A stretch of 64,000 nt of DNA from Candidatus Latescibacterota bacterium. GTDB taxonomy: Bacteria > Latescibacterota > UBA2968 > UBA8231. The position numbers were made by a program, and so were the translations under genes. The DNA is taken from contig CBDAOB010000004.1 in NCBI GenBank assembly GCA_965197905.1, positions 768,001 to 832,000 of the forward strand, read 5' to 3'. Under the pieces are notes generated by a model. That model did not search any database and was not told the origin of the DNA. It saw only the letters and a list, made by a program, of their open reading frames with translations. Shown one piece after another: positions 8,936 to 19,330 of this stretch. Within the stretch, counting starts at the first letter, position 1. Each line of letters begins with the position of its first letter.

Positions 8936-10513
8936 ATGACAACCTCACCCTTCACCGAACCGCAAAAGCGGTCCCGTCGAATTCGGCGCAACTGCGGTTC
9001 ATGGAATCCGCTCGTGGACCTCCACGAGATCTATGCCGGGCATCGGAGTACAGATCGGCAGGAGGTGTTCGACCTTTTTGATGCCCCCGTTGGTGTTGCA
9101 CTCCGGGTCGAGCCGGCCGCTCGTTCAGAGCCGCTGCTGGAATCCGAGATGCCATGGGAGGCAGTCGACTCAGTCAACCCGCTATTCATCTGGAAGACGG
9201 ACGCTGGCTTCCACATGCTCTACAAGTCCGAGAGCGGAACCTGTTACGCCACCAGCGACGATGCCTATCATTGGCGGCGACCGGAACTGGGGGAGGTGGC
9301 CTTCGACGGCTCCACGGCCAACAACATTCTCAAGGAGGGCATCGTTGGCTCTAGCGGTGTCTTTGTCGATCCCCACGCGCCGTCCGCGGAGCGCTTCAAA
9401 GCGATGGGTGGGGACATGGCCTGGTATGACCCGGCAACCTGCGAAATGCTAGATGGGAATGAAGCGCGGAAGCGCAACAACGCCCAGGAGTACGAAGGGG
9501 ACCGCTACGACGGCCCACGGGCGGAAGCCTGGGGACGCATGCTCGGCTGGACGTCGCCGAACGGATTGAGCTGGACGCAGCTGCCGGAGCCACTTGGAAA
9601 TCGTCCGGTCAACGGCGGAATCTCCGCGCGCTACGACGAGGCCACAGAACGGTACATCTGCTACCAGCAGATCATGGGGTATCCCGCCGAAGTGTTGAAC
9701 GGCATCGGGACCGCGAGCATCGAGGAAGAAGCCCAGCGCCGATTGATTGCATTTTCGTACACGAAAGACTTTCGCAGCTGGCCGGCCCCAAAATTGATAC
9801 TCGCACCAGACGCCCAGGACGATATGGACATCGATTTCTACGGCGGCAACTACTTCCCCTATCCAGGACGCACCGACCTCCACGCCATGATCCTTCCGGT
9901 CTTTCACAGGGGAGCTGGCCACGTCGATAACCAGATCGCCTTCAGTCGCGACGGGTTGTTCTGGACGCGTCCAGAGCGTCGCGCCATTCATACGTTGGGA
10001 GCCCGTGGCAGCGGCGAAGACTGCCAGATGCATCCCTGGCGCAATGGTCTCGTGGAATTGCCGGACGGGAACTGGGCCGTTCCCTACGGGGCGCTCTCGC
10101 AGCTGCACAACGCGCGAGAGAAATTCCCAGGCTACCTCTTCCCCGATCATCGAAAGTCACAAATCCGATATGCCCTCTGGCGTCCACACCGCTTTTGCGG
10201 GATCGAAGCCGATCGGGAGGGACGGCTCACGATACCGACCATCTACAGACAGGGGGACCGGCTGCAGTTGAACTATCGTTGCGCAACGGGTGGCTGGATC
10301 GCCGTCGAGCTCTTGCCCAAGACGCCCAACAGAATGCAACCCGATCCCGAGCCGGCCGCCGGATTCAGTTTCGCGGAATGCGATCGCTTGATGGGTGACG
10401 AGTCCGATCGCGCAGTGACCTGGAACGGAAACAGCGATATCTCGTCGATCGGTGAATCAGTTTCTATTCGCGTGAAGATGTTCCAGGCAAAACTTTTTGC
10501 TTACAACGTGTAA
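8936..10513 (+). CDS. Uncharacterised GH32/43-like beta-propeller plus beta-sandwich protein
   Basis: CYATSDDAYHWRRPELG, VFVDPHAP-ERFKA, SRDGLFWTRP, C-terminal VTW-G-SDI...LFAY; paralog of 15682..17268. Confidence 0.7.
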   Translation: MTTSPFTEPQKRSRRIRRNCGSWNPLVDLHEIYAGHRSTDRQEVFDLFDAPVGVALRVEPAARSEPLLESEMPWEAVDSVNPLFIWKTDAGFHMLYKSESGTCYATSDDAYHWRRPELGEVAFDGSTANNILKEGIVGSSGVFVDPHAPSAERFKAMGGDMAWYDPATCEMLDGNEARKRNNAQEYEGDRYDGPRAEAWGRMLGWTSPNGLSWTQLPEPLGNRPVNGGISARYDEATERYICYQQIMGYPAEVLNGIGTASIEEEAQRRLIAFSYTKDFRSWPAPKLILAPDAQDDMDIDFYGGNYFPYPGRTDLHAMILPVFHRGAGHVDNQIAFSRDGLFWTRPERRAIHTLGARGSGEDCQMHPWRNGLVELPDGNWAVPYGALSQLHNAREKFPGYLFPDHRKSQIRYALWRPHRFCGIEADREGRLTIPTIYRQGDRLQLNYRCATGGWIAVELLPKTPNRMQPDPEPAAGFSFAECDRLMGDESDRAVTWNGNSDISSIGESVSIRVKMFQAKLFAYNV

Positions 10514-10611
10514 CGGCCTGCGGCGGCGGTGTGAAGATCATCGCGGAGTTTGACCGACCTAACCATTAATACTGCCCAGGCCAGGCCAACGCAGTGCGGC
10601 CAGCTTTTCTG

Positions 10612-11550
10612 TCAGCTTTTCTCTTCCTCCACTTGGCGGATGATCTTCCTCAGGTTGCCATAGTTGATACGCATCGCGTCCACCCCCGACCCTCCCGGTG
10701 GTTTGAAGTGCGTCGCCACCGACAGGACCACATCGCATCGGTGCTGGCGCACATTGCGCACGATAGCTGGGTAGTCCACATCTCCTTCCCCGATCGGACA
10801 GTACTCGAAATCGAGGCGCAGCCCGTCGACGACCCGCAGGTCCTTGAGATGCATCCCGTAGAGATAGGGCCGAACATTATTGAAACCTCTGGTCGCCACT
10901 TCGGGCTCACCGCAATTCACGCCGTCCGCCGGCCCCCACATCGCCTTGAGCCGCCGCGACTTCAAACGCTCGGCCAGAGCGCGAAAGTTATTACTCGTAT
11001 TGGTATAGTGCCAGGGTAGCGTCGACAGCACTAGATCCACGTCGTGGCGCTCCGCCTCCTCCAGCACCCTGGTGAAAATCGCGACCAGCTTTTCCATGTC
11101 ACTCTCGGCGATGATTCCACCCTGGGTCAGCCAGCGCATCGGCCAGGTGGCTTTGCCTCCCCCATGGTATTCGCCCGGCCAGGCGAACGCATTCGCATTG
11201 ATCCCGCGCACGTTCAGCCGTTTGGCTACTTGCATCGAACGTTTGATGGCCCCGAAGTCGGCACGAAACCCCTCGTGCTCGTCCAGCGCATCCAGCTTCA
11301 ACTGCGTCAGGTGGATGTGCTTGAAGGGCGACGCCGCCGCCAGAAGAAATATCTCCAACCCATGAGCCGCCACGCTTTCGCCCAGCTGGTCCACCTCCTC
11401 GTCGCTCATCTCGCCGATGGGCGGCCGGTCCTCGATGCGGTTGACCCAGAGGTATTGGGCACCGAGCTCCTTGGCCGTGGCCAGCGATTCTTCGAAAGGC
11501 AGCTGCAATTCGGGTAGGGAAATCCCGAGTTTGAAACGGTACTCGCTCAT
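10612..11550 (-). CDS. Sugar phosphate isomerase/epimerase (xylose-isomerase-like TIM barrel)
   Basis: MHLKD, PIGEGDVDY motifs; paralog of 38235..39179. Confidence 0.8.
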   Translation of the reverse strand: MSEYRFKLGISLPELQLPFEESLATAKELGAQYLWVNRIEDRPPIGEMSDEEVDQLGESVAAHGLEIFLLAAASPFKHIHLTQLKLDALDEHEGFRADFGAIKRSMQVAKRLNVRGINANAFAWPGEYHGGGKATWPMRWLTQGGIIAESDMEKLVAIFTRVLEEAERHDVDLVLSTLPWHYTNTSNNFRALAERLKSRRLKAMWGPADGVNCGEPEVATRGFNNVRPYLYGMHLKDLRVVDGLRLDFEYCPIGEGDVDYPAIVRNVRQHRCDVVLSVATHFKPPGGSGVDAMRINYGNLRKIIRQVEEEKS

Positions 11551-11555
11551 TTTAT

Positions 11556-12332
11556 CTAACCCTCTTCTGCCACAACCGGATTGCGCAGAGTGCCGACGCC
11601 CTCAATCTCGACCTCGACCACATCCCCCGGCACAATCGAACCCACCCCCGACGGGGTCCCGGTCATGATCACGTCCCCGGGCAACAGCGTGATCGCCGCG
11701 CTTGTATAGGAAATCAGCTGCGCCACCGAGAAGATCATATCCGCCGTATTTGTGTGCTGCTTCTCTTCCCCATTGACCCGCGTCCTCAGCTCCAAACGGG
11801 TCGGATCCAGCCCGGTTGCAATACAAGGTCCGAGGGGACTAAAGGTATCAAACCCCTTACCCACCAGCAGACAGCCGCGGCTCATCTCCTGCCGTTGAAT
11901 CACGCGCTCGCTCACATCGATGCCGCAGGAATACCCCAGGACATAATCCAACGCATGCGCTTGCGACACCCGCCGCGCTTTTTTGCCGATTACCACTGCC
12001 AGCTCGCCTTCATACGCTACCTCCTCGCCCTGCAGTGGGTACACGATCTCGTCCTCATGGCCGATAACCGCCGTCGAAGGCAGCATGAAGAGCATGGGAT
12101 CAGTCGGCGGCTCCTTTCCGCCCTCGGCCGCGTGTGCGGCGTAGTTGAGCCCGACCCCGATGATGCGCGGCATGGCAACCGGCGCCAAAACCTGCACCTG
12201 GTCCAACTGCGCCACCGCTTCGCCGGCATCCAGACTATCAAAGGGCGATCCTGCAAGGGCCCGGATCGTCCCATCTTCCTCTGCTATACCGCAGCGTACT
12301 TCACCTTCTGCACTATAGCGTACAATCTTCAT
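11556..12332 (-). CDS. Fumarylacetoacetate hydrolase family protein
   Basis: GVGLNYAAH, YEGELAVVIG, GKGFDTFSPLGP, PGDVIMTGTPSG. Confidence 0.92.
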   Translation of the reverse strand: MKIVRYSAEGEVRCGIAEEDGTIRALAGSPFDSLDAGEAVAQLDQVQVLAPVAMPRIIGVGLNYAAHAAEGGKEPPTDPMLFMLPSTAVIGHEDEIVYPLQGEEVAYEGELAVVIGKKARRVSQAHALDYVLGYSCGIDVSERVIQRQEMSRGCLLVGKGFDTFSPLGPCIATGLDPTRLELRTRVNGEEKQHTNTADMIFSVAQLISYTSAAITLLPGDVIMTGTPSGVGSIVPGDVVEVEIEGVGTLRNPVVAEEG

Positions 12333-13267
12333 GTCCGTGCCTCCTTATCACTTAGTTCATCGAGAAAAGACTGATAGAACCCGGCGATGCCTGCCTGCTC
12401 AGCATCCCCGTCGTGCACCACGACCCGCAGTGCCTGATCCATCTCCGCCCCTATCTTGATCTTTCTCCCGCTCCATCGCAGCGGATTGACGGAGATATAT
12501 CCCCAATCGGAAACCGACCATTCGTTGTCTGCGTTGGCTGGATGCGGAAACAAAGCCACGCCGGCCGATTTTCCATCCGCGACCTCCCCCGAACAATCGA
12601 CCCAGTTCGTATCCTGCCCTCTGATCTCCTCGCTTCCGCTACGCCCGTCCGCATCCACCAACGTTGCTCCGTTCGTCACCCGCAACTCTTCGGCCATGCG
12701 CACCCCGTAATAGGCATGGCGCGTGGGCCCGACATCGATCTCCCATTCAGGCGCCTGCAATCGCGAACGCAGATCGATCATATTCGCCACATCTCCGGGA
12801 TAGATATCAATGGTCCTCCTCTCCACCGCAATAATGCGCCCCTCGGACGATCCCCACTCGCGCGGCCCCTGCCAGTTGAGGGTCTGTACAACCCGCAAGT
12901 GATCCTCACCCACCTCCTCACAGTCCCGTGCGATGGCTACTACGCGCCCGGGCGCGCGACCCTGAAAGACCTCGTTAACATAGAAATTGTAGTTGGCTTC
13001 CTCGCGTTTGTCCTCTGCGTAGGGCAGCCAGCAGCTCACATGATCGGCCCCGATCCACAGCGAGTTGTGATGCGGATGATCCACCGGACTCTCGCTGGTC
13101 ACTGCAAATCCAGCCGGCGTGTACAGCGGGAATATATAGGCGCGATGCTCACCCTGACTCAACGAAAGAATGTGCTTCCCCCGCCAGCGCACATGAACGC
13201 GATGCGACTTGGCCCATGCTCCCCTCGGAAGCGCGATAGCCTCGTCCTCGACCGCAAAGAACCTCAT
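12329..13267 (-). CDS. DUF6807 ('PmoA-like') family protein
   Basis: YIFPLYTPAG, P-DHPHH-SLW, YYGVRMA, WVDCSG, HPAN motifs. Confidence 0.75.
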   Translation of the reverse strand: MRFFAVEDEAIALPRGAWAKSHRVHVRWRGKHILSLSQGEHRAYIFPLYTPAGFAVTSESPVDHPHHNSLWIGADHVSCWLPYAEDKREEANYNFYVNEVFQGRAPGRVVAIARDCEEVGEDHLRVVQTLNWQGPREWGSSEGRIIAVERRTIDIYPGDVANMIDLRSRLQAPEWEIDVGPTRHAYYGVRMAEELRVTNGATLVDADGRSGSEEIRGQDTNWVDCSGEVADGKSAGVALFPHPANADNEWSVSDWGYISVNPLRWSGRKIKIGAEMDQALRVVVHDGDAEQAGIAGFYQSFLDELSDKEART

Positions 13268-14091
13268 GCGTTCTCCGGCTCACTGACGCCGGGCTGATCG
13301 AGATAGCCGATTTCGTTGAGGCGGTCGATCCAGCGTTGGCGCACCGGGCTCTTATGCGGGTTATCGAGCCAGTTGCGCGAGTAGTTGTATTGGCGGCGAG
13401 GTTGGTGATGCGTGATCGAGTTGACCTGGCTCAGGCCAAGGGAGCACATCTTTTCTATGTCCTCGGGTGATTCGGGATTGCGGAAGTAGTCCAGGTTCCA
13501 GGAGCGGCGATTGTTGCTGCCGCCATCGGAAGCATGCCAAGTGCGTATATCGTAGGCAATGACGTCACCCGGTTCGGTGGCGACGGCCTGGCACGGCACC
13601 TCTTGCAAAGGTGTCTCACTAACGGCATCGAAGAAGGCCTGGCGCTGATGCGCGCGCAGAAGGTGCGAGCAGGGAATGAGACGAAGGGCGCCGGTGTTGG
13701 CGTTGAGGGGGTCGAGGTAGAAGATGAACTTGAGGGCAATCATGGTTTCGTCCGGGGTGTACGGGTGCCAGTTGGTAGTACCGATGTAACTGTTGACGTC
13801 AACGCCGATGCCGAGCACGTCTTCGCCGCAGATCTGCTGCGCCGGGGACAGAAAGCGGGGGTCTTCCATCAGCGAGGCGCCGTAGGGGGTGCCCTCGTCA
13901 GTCAGGCGGGTCCACAGGCGCTCGGAGCCATCCTGACGTTCCGGCGGGTATTGGGCGGCAAGGCCATTCCGGAGTTCGCGGGCGAGGTGGTCGAGGTCGT
14001 CGGCGCCTAACAACTGACGCAGGACGAGGTAGCCGAAGGCGTTGAAGAAGCGCAGTTGCTCTTGCGTGAGGGCGGTTTCTTCGTCGATCAT
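13264..14091 (-). CDS. PhyH-family dioxygenase with atypical HxY motif
   Basis: FFNAFGYLVLR, WHPY, GALRLIPCSH, PGDVIAYD-RTWHAS. Confidence 0.8.
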   Translation of the reverse strand: MIDEETALTQEQLRFFNAFGYLVLRQLLGADDLDHLARELRNGLAAQYPPERQDGSERLWTRLTDEGTPYGASLMEDPRFLSPAQQICGEDVLGIGVDVNSYIGTTNWHPYTPDETMIALKFIFYLDPLNANTGALRLIPCSHLLRAHQRQAFFDAVSETPLQEVPCQAVATEPGDVIAYDIRTWHASDGGSNNRRSWNLDYFRNPESPEDIEKMCSLGLSQVNSITHHQPRRQYNYSRNWLDNPHKSPVRQRWIDRLNEIGYLDQPGVSEPENA

Positions 14092-14239
14092 GGGTGGCGC
14101 TCCGTTACGTGTCCCCATAATACCAGTTGTGCTCGCACCGGCAGATCCGCTCGCCGATCGCCTTGTTCCGTCGCCACACAAAACGCTTGAAGCTTTGCAT
14201 CCTCAGGCTGCCGCGCAACCACCTCCACCGACGGAGAGC

Positions 14240-15580
14240 TCAGTCCAAGCGGAAGAAGCTGCCCGCAATGTGGCGCACGATCTGGACCTCTTCGATCGGT
14301 TCGTCCTGGTCCTTGGCGCAGAACCAGTAGGCTGCGAAGATGCGACCGTCCGGCAGCTCGGTAGGCATCTGGTAACCCAGGTCATAGCTGTAGCCATCGC
14401 CGCGCACGACGAACTCCTCGCTCCAGGTCTCGCCCAGATCCTCGCTGACCACGCCAAGGATCCCGCGGTTACCCAGGCTGGGGCTACGGCGTGCAAAGAG
14501 AATGAGGATGCGTCCGTCCCGCAGCACCAAGGCGGAAGGGCAGCGCCATTTGTTGAATCGGGTCATATCGTTCAACGGTTGCTCCGGAGGGGGATCAGCC
14601 ATGTTACCAAAACGGTTCCCCGGGCTGCTGACAAAACGGAGTGGGGACCAGGTCATGCCGTCGTCTTCCGAAAATGCGACGCAGATCATTTCAGAAGGAG
14701 TTTTGTACATGCAGGCCATCAGGCGTCCGTCGGGCAATCGACGCAATCCGGGGTAGGCATAGCCGACAGGTTGTGTGGCCGAACTCTTGAGGTTTGGGTC
14801 GACGCGAGCCACATCACTGCAGTACTCCCAAGAGATCCCGTTGTCGTAACTCACGTAATAGCAGATGACCTGACGCCAGCGCACCCCACCGATTATGCCG
14901 AGGACCCCATTGTCGAAGCGGACATGACCGAGGTTCATGCTGCTGAATCCGCCGCCGGGTGCCCAGGACGGGTTGTCAATCAGCGTTGGATGGCTCTCCC
15001 ACGTTCGACCGCGGTCCTTGCTGCGCAAGCTGAACGTCGGCAGGTGTATCGGTTTCCGGCCACCCAGATTGAAACTGGTTCCCTCCGTACCGACGCTGCC
15101 TATGGGCGGTTTGAGATGCATCCCGGGACAGAAGTGGATGATGGAATCGGGATCGCCCAGGTCGATCTCTTCGCGCTCTCCACGGTCCAGGGGTCGCAGC
15201 CAATCGAGCATCTCGTGGGTGGTGCGATCGTTCTTCCACAGCCATTGGCGCCGGTCGTCGGGCCAGGTCTCGCCGTTGTCGAAGGAGCGGCTGATGATGC
15301 AGCCCGAGTCGGCTCCCCAGCGTGGGTGCGGCGTCCACATGCTGCTGGGTCCCCCGCAGTGCCGCGCCCAGTTCGTGTTGGGGCCTTCCCGCATCACGCT
15401 GTAATCCATCGGCACCGCCAAGTAAGCGACGGCGATCTCGCCATCCCCGAAATTCCAGATGCCACCCCTGTTGGCGCAGTACAGGTACATGCGCTCGTCG
15501 CGGTGTACGGTCGTGTGGCGCAGGTCGCTGAGCTCGACTTTGCGTGCGCCGACGGTTCTTCTGGATGCTTGTTGAGTCAT
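14240..15580 (-). CDS. BNR/Asp-box repeat (sialidase-like) protein
   Basis: Multiple Asp boxes: SFDNGETW, SKDRGRTW, SYDNGISW, SEDDGMTW, SEDLGETW. Confidence 0.85.
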   Translation of the reverse strand: MTQQASRRTVGARKVELSDLRHTTVHRDERMYLYCANRGGIWNFGDGEIAVAYLAVPMDYSVMREGPNTNWARHCGGPSSMWTPHPRWGADSGCIISRSFDNGETWPDDRRQWLWKNDRTTHEMLDWLRPLDRGEREEIDLGDPDSIIHFCPGMHLKPPIGSVGTEGTSFNLGGRKPIHLPTFSLRSKDRGRTWESHPTLIDNPSWAPGGGFSSMNLGHVRFDNGVLGIIGGVRWRQVICYYVSYDNGISWEYCSDVARVDPNLKSSATQPVGYAYPGLRRLPDGRLMACMYKTPSEMICVAFSEDDGMTWSPLRFVSSPGNRFGNMADPPPEQPLNDMTRFNKWRCPSALVLRDGRILILFARRSPSLGNRGILGVVSEDLGETWSEEFVVRGDGYSYDLGYQMPTELPDGRIFAAYWFCAKDQDEPIEEVQIVRHIAGSFFRLD

Positions 15581-15681
15581 AGGGTTGCGCGCACTCTCCG
15601 GATCAGAAGAGATTGCCGAAGGACCGCAGGAACACGTGGCCCTCCGGCGAACTGCTCTTTGCCCCGGGCGGCGCCTGCATG

Positions 15682-17268
15682 TCACACCTGATACGCAAAA
15701 ACCTTGGCCTGAAACATCTTCAGCCGGATCGCCACCATCTCGCCGACGCCGGTGATGTCGCTGCTCCCCTTCCAGGTCACCGCTCGATCCAGAGAATCAC
15801 CGGTCAACCGGTCGCACTCCTCGAAAGTGAAGCCTTTCAACGGATCGACATCACCGTGGAACATCGACGGCATCATCCGCATCAGCTCCACGCTCACCCA
15901 CCCACCCGGTTTGCAGCGGTAATTCAGCCGCAGCTCGTCATTGCGGCGATGGATAGTGGGAATGGTGAAGCGCCCTTCGGTTGCCGCTTCAAAACCGCAG
16001 AACCGGTGCGGCTGCCATAGTGCCCAACCCATCTTCCGCACTTGCTTGTGCGGAAAAAGCTCCGCCTCGTACTCCGCCTTGGTGTTGTGGAGTCTGGATT
16101 CGGCCCAGTAGCTTGCGCCCCAGTGGCCGTCGGGAAGCTCGGCTATTCCGGATGACCCGATCATGCAGTCTTCACCGCTACCTGTAGGTCCCAAGGTTAT
16201 GATTGGTTTGCGTTCTGGCCGCTGCCAGACCAGGCCGTCGCGGCTAAAAGCGATCTGCACATCCATGGTGCCGGTCATGTGATGGAAGACCGGGGTGAGC
16301 ATGCCGTGCATATCGGTGCGGCCCGGATACGGGAAGTAGGAGTGGGCGTAGAAGGCGATGTCCAGGTCGTCCTGTGAGTCGGGGTGCATGGTGAGCTTCG
16401 CCGCGGGCCATTTGCGAAAGTCTTTGGTTCGGGCGATGCCGTTGGCCCGGCGCACCATCTCCGTCTCCTGGACTCCCGTGCCGATCCCCACCGGCTCCTC
16501 CGGCGCAAACCCCTGGGGTTGCAGGTAGGCGTAGTAGGTGCCGCTGGGCTCGTCGTATCCAGCTACGATGCCGCCGTTGACCGAGTAGTCGGCCAATGGT
16601 TCTTCGATCTTCTTCCATCCCTGGAAGCGGTCCGGGGAGGTCCAGCCGACCATCCACCCGCGCAGGACCACCTTCGGGCCTTTGTAGTCGCGCCCCTCGT
16701 ACTGCATAGCGTCCCAGCGTTTTTCCGCTTCCTCGGTCTCCAGCTTTTCCCAGGTATCGGGGTCAAACCAGCTGGATCCCGAGCCTATGGCTTTGAACCG
16801 CTCCTCGGGGGGTGCCGAGGGGTCTTCCCAGATGCCGCCCTCGGGATGATTGGCACGGATGTTGTTCTTCTTGGAGCCGTTGAACTCTACCTCGCCCAGC
16901 TCGGGACGGGTCCAGTTATAGCAGTCGTCGCTTACGGCATAACAGGTTCCCTGTCCGAAGACGTAGTAGAACATGTGATAACGACCGTCCTCGTACCAGA
17001 CATCGCCGCCTGACGTTCCTTCCTTTTCCCATTCCACCTCGCCGTCGAAAACTACCGGTGCCTTGGTAGCTACCTCGATGGTGTGCTCGACACCCACGGG
17101 TGCATCGTAGAGGTTGTATACCCCCTCGCGGGAAACGGACCGATTGCCGGGGAAGATTTCGTGGACATCGATGAGCGGCGTCCAGGTGCCGGGATTGCTC
17201 CGCGGCCGCACCCAGTCACCGGGATAGAATCCTCGCCATTCGCCGCTAAGCTGTCTTTCTTTGGCCAT
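15682..17268 (-). CDS. Uncharacterised GH32/43-like beta-propeller protein, paralog of 8936..10513
   Basis: Shared blocks: DAPVGV, WTRPELGEV, VNGGI, YFPYPGRTD, QIAFSRDGL, PHRFCG, KMFQAK. Confidence 0.7.
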   Translation of the reverse strand: MAKERQLSGEWRGFYPGDWVRPRSNPGTWTPLIDVHEIFPGNRSVSREGVYNLYDAPVGVEHTIEVATKAPVVFDGEVEWEKEGTSGGDVWYEDGRYHMFYYVFGQGTCYAVSDDCYNWTRPELGEVEFNGSKKNNIRANHPEGGIWEDPSAPPEERFKAIGSGSSWFDPDTWEKLETEEAEKRWDAMQYEGRDYKGPKVVLRGWMVGWTSPDRFQGWKKIEEPLADYSVNGGIVAGYDEPSGTYYAYLQPQGFAPEEPVGIGTGVQETEMVRRANGIARTKDFRKWPAAKLTMHPDSQDDLDIAFYAHSYFPYPGRTDMHGMLTPVFHHMTGTMDVQIAFSRDGLVWQRPERKPIITLGPTGSGEDCMIGSSGIAELPDGHWGASYWAESRLHNTKAEYEAELFPHKQVRKMGWALWQPHRFCGFEAATEGRFTIPTIHRRNDELRLNYRCKPGGWVSVELMRMMPSMFHGDVDPLKGFTFEECDRLTGDSLDRAVTWKGSSDITGVGEMVAIRLKMFQAKVFAYQV

Positions 17269-17393
17269 CTCGTTTTCCTCCTGTTTGCTTGTCAGTGTAG
17301 CAAGCTTTCAGTGCGCCTACAAACTGGGGCCTGTTCTCCGGTCGGAGAATATCGGGATGTGACGGGGCGCGGTTATGGCCGCGCCAGCCAGCA

Positions 17394-18878
17394 CTAGAAG
17401 AGCTCGTTCGCCGAGGACAGGTCCACGGTGTCGCCGGTTTCCTCCTGCCAGCGCCGCAGTCGGGTGGTGAGATCTCGTAAGAGTGAGCTGTACTGGGGAT
17501 CTCGCACGAGGTTCCGAGTCTCGACGGGATCTTCGTGGAGGTTGTAGAGCTCGTGCTCTCCCAGTTTACTGCAGTTGAATTTCCAACCGTCAGGCGTGAC
17601 GATAGTTCGTGCGGAGTCTTCTGAGCTTGCCTTGAGGTCCGCCTCCGAAGCAACCCCACGCATGGCTTCGGGAAAAGGCGAGACGCCCAGGGGGCCCTGC
17701 CACTGGACGAACACATCGCGGTTGTCAGCCGACGTGCCACTTTGCTGGAACAGCGGGCGCAGGCTCGTTCCCTGCAGGTGGCCGGGGATGGGCTGATCCA
17801 TCAAATCCAGCAACGTGGGCATCAGGTCGACATGGCCCACAGGTCCCTCGACCCGCTTGCCCTTCCTCTGGCCGGGAAGGCGGATCAACAGCGGCACACG
17901 CACGGCTTCCTCGAACATGAAACCCTTACCGCGCAGTCGGTGGCTGCCCATCATCTCGCCGTGATCGGAGGTGAAGACGACGATAGTGTTGTCGCCCACG
18001 CCGCATTCCTCCAGGGTGTCGAGAATCGTGCCCACATGCGTGTCCACCAGGCTGCAGTTTCCCCAGTACTTGGCGGTCAGCTGCCGCCAGTCTAGCTCGG
18101 TCTTGAGGGGAACGCCGAACCCCTGCTCCTCGTAGATGTGATAGAGGGCGCGGATCTTGAGTGGCTGCTGCTTGGTCGGCACGGCCGCAAAGTTGCGGGG
18201 CAACGGAACCTGCGCCGGGTCGTACTGGCTGTCACGGGGCCCGAAGTACGGCTGATGCGGCTCGAAGATACTCACGAAGAGGATGAAGGGGCGTGCTTTG
18301 TTGTCGCGGATGAACTGCGATGCGTGACGCGCGAGGAACGCGGGCTGGCCATACTCCTCGGGCACGCCCGCGTGAAACGTGTGTGTGAACGCGCGAAACC
18401 CATCCGGGGCTTCATAATCGGGTTCAAAACCCTGGTCCAGCAGGAACTCGTGGTAGGTAGAGGGCTGAAACGAATCCTTTCCCTCCGAGTAGAACGGGCG
18501 ATGCTCGTGGTCTTCGGTGCTGATCCAGTGATCAAACCCGTGTTGCGCAAAGACGTCGTCACCAAGGTGCCATTTGCCGTGATGACCGCAGACATAGTTG
18601 CCGTGCTCTACCAGCTCGGGGAGGCACGAATTGAGACCATGAAGGCGATTGTTGAGGTCGCCCGTAAGGCCGGCAGCCGCGTGAGGATACATGCCCGTCA
18701 TAAGCGCCGCCCGGGAGGGCTGACACACCGGCTCGTTGACATAGGCTTTCTCGAAGACGACACTCTCCTCCGCCAGCCGGTTCAGATTCGGCATCTGGAT
18801 CAGGTGATTGCCGTAGGCAGCGAGCGAGTCGGCGCGCTGCTGGTCGGTGTAGACGAATAGGAGATTCGGTCGGCCCAT
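17394..18878 (-). CDS. Formylglycine-dependent sulfatase
   Basis: PNLLFVYTDQQR, CQPSR (CxPxR), GKWHLG, FTSDHGEM. Confidence 0.92.
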   Translation of the reverse strand: MGRPNLLFVYTDQQRADSLAAYGNHLIQMPNLNRLAEESVVFEKAYVNEPVCQPSRAALMTGMYPHAAAGLTGDLNNRLHGLNSCLPELVEHGNYVCGHHGKWHLGDDVFAQHGFDHWISTEDHEHRPFYSEGKDSFQPSTYHEFLLDQGFEPDYEAPDGFRAFTHTFHAGVPEEYGQPAFLARHASQFIRDNKARPFILFVSIFEPHQPYFGPRDSQYDPAQVPLPRNFAAVPTKQQPLKIRALYHIYEEQGFGVPLKTELDWRQLTAKYWGNCSLVDTHVGTILDTLEECGVGDNTIVVFTSDHGEMMGSHRLRGKGFMFEEAVRVPLLIRLPGQRKGKRVEGPVGHVDLMPTLLDLMDQPIPGHLQGTSLRPLFQQSGTSADNRDVFVQWQGPLGVSPFPEAMRGVASEADLKASSEDSARTIVTPDGWKFNCSKLGEHELYNLHEDPVETRNLVRDPQYSSLLRDLTTRLRRWQEETGDTVDLSSANELF

Positions 18879-19188
18879 CGCCAATCAGAATAACATCTCT
18901 AAGTATTTGATTCAACTGGCATTTCCGCTGGCGCAATTGCCGCTGGATCTGACGGCCGGCGTCGAGGGTCCCCCCACGCTACATTTTTTTACCAGGCTAG
19001 GAGGCTGGGGGGGACGGTGCCTTGCCCGGACTCAATCAGGTTGACCCATTTTATATCGCTGCTATAATCCAAGGTAGATACGCTTCGTGGCGGGAGTCGC
19101 CGAATTGAGCTAGCGCTCCTAGACGTTTGACCGTCGCCAAAGTCCACCTTTGCGCCGTGAGTTGGGGTGATTGCGGGCGAACTGATAT

Positions 19189-19244
19189 CTGTAACGGATT
19201 CCTTGCAGCTGTAAGGCCTGCCTAGCACCTCCTGTAACAGATTC
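19189..19244 (+). promoter_or_regulatory. Repeated CTGTAAC(G/A)GATTC motif, candidate enhancer (UAS) for a sigma54 activator
   Basis: CTGTAACGGATTC at 19189, CTGTAAG at 19209, CTGTAACAGATTC at 19232; related TGTAACAGTTTC at 28396. Confidence 0.5.
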
Positions 19245-19313
19245 ATAGCGAGCCCACCGCAGCATCCATTCCTCTAAACTGTTCGACCAGTGAGTATTGT
19301 CCCGTCGACGGAG

Positions 19314-19330
19314 CGGGCACAGCCTTTGCA
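19314..19330 (+). promoter_or_regulatory. Putative sigma54 (-24/-12) promoter upstream of the hybrid kinase
   Basis: CGGGCACAGCCTTTGCA = GG-N10-GC, close to YTGGCACG-N4-TTGCW. Confidence 0.6.

Noticed and set aside
12329..13267. Methane monooxygenase reading of the 'PmoA-like' label
   Set aside because: Soluble DUF6807-type protein without TM helices or pmoB/pmoC neighbours
18900..18912. IHF-consensus match AATCAAATACTTA (minus strand)
   Set aside because: Single short match not positioned between a UAS and a sigma54 promoter; cannot be supported further
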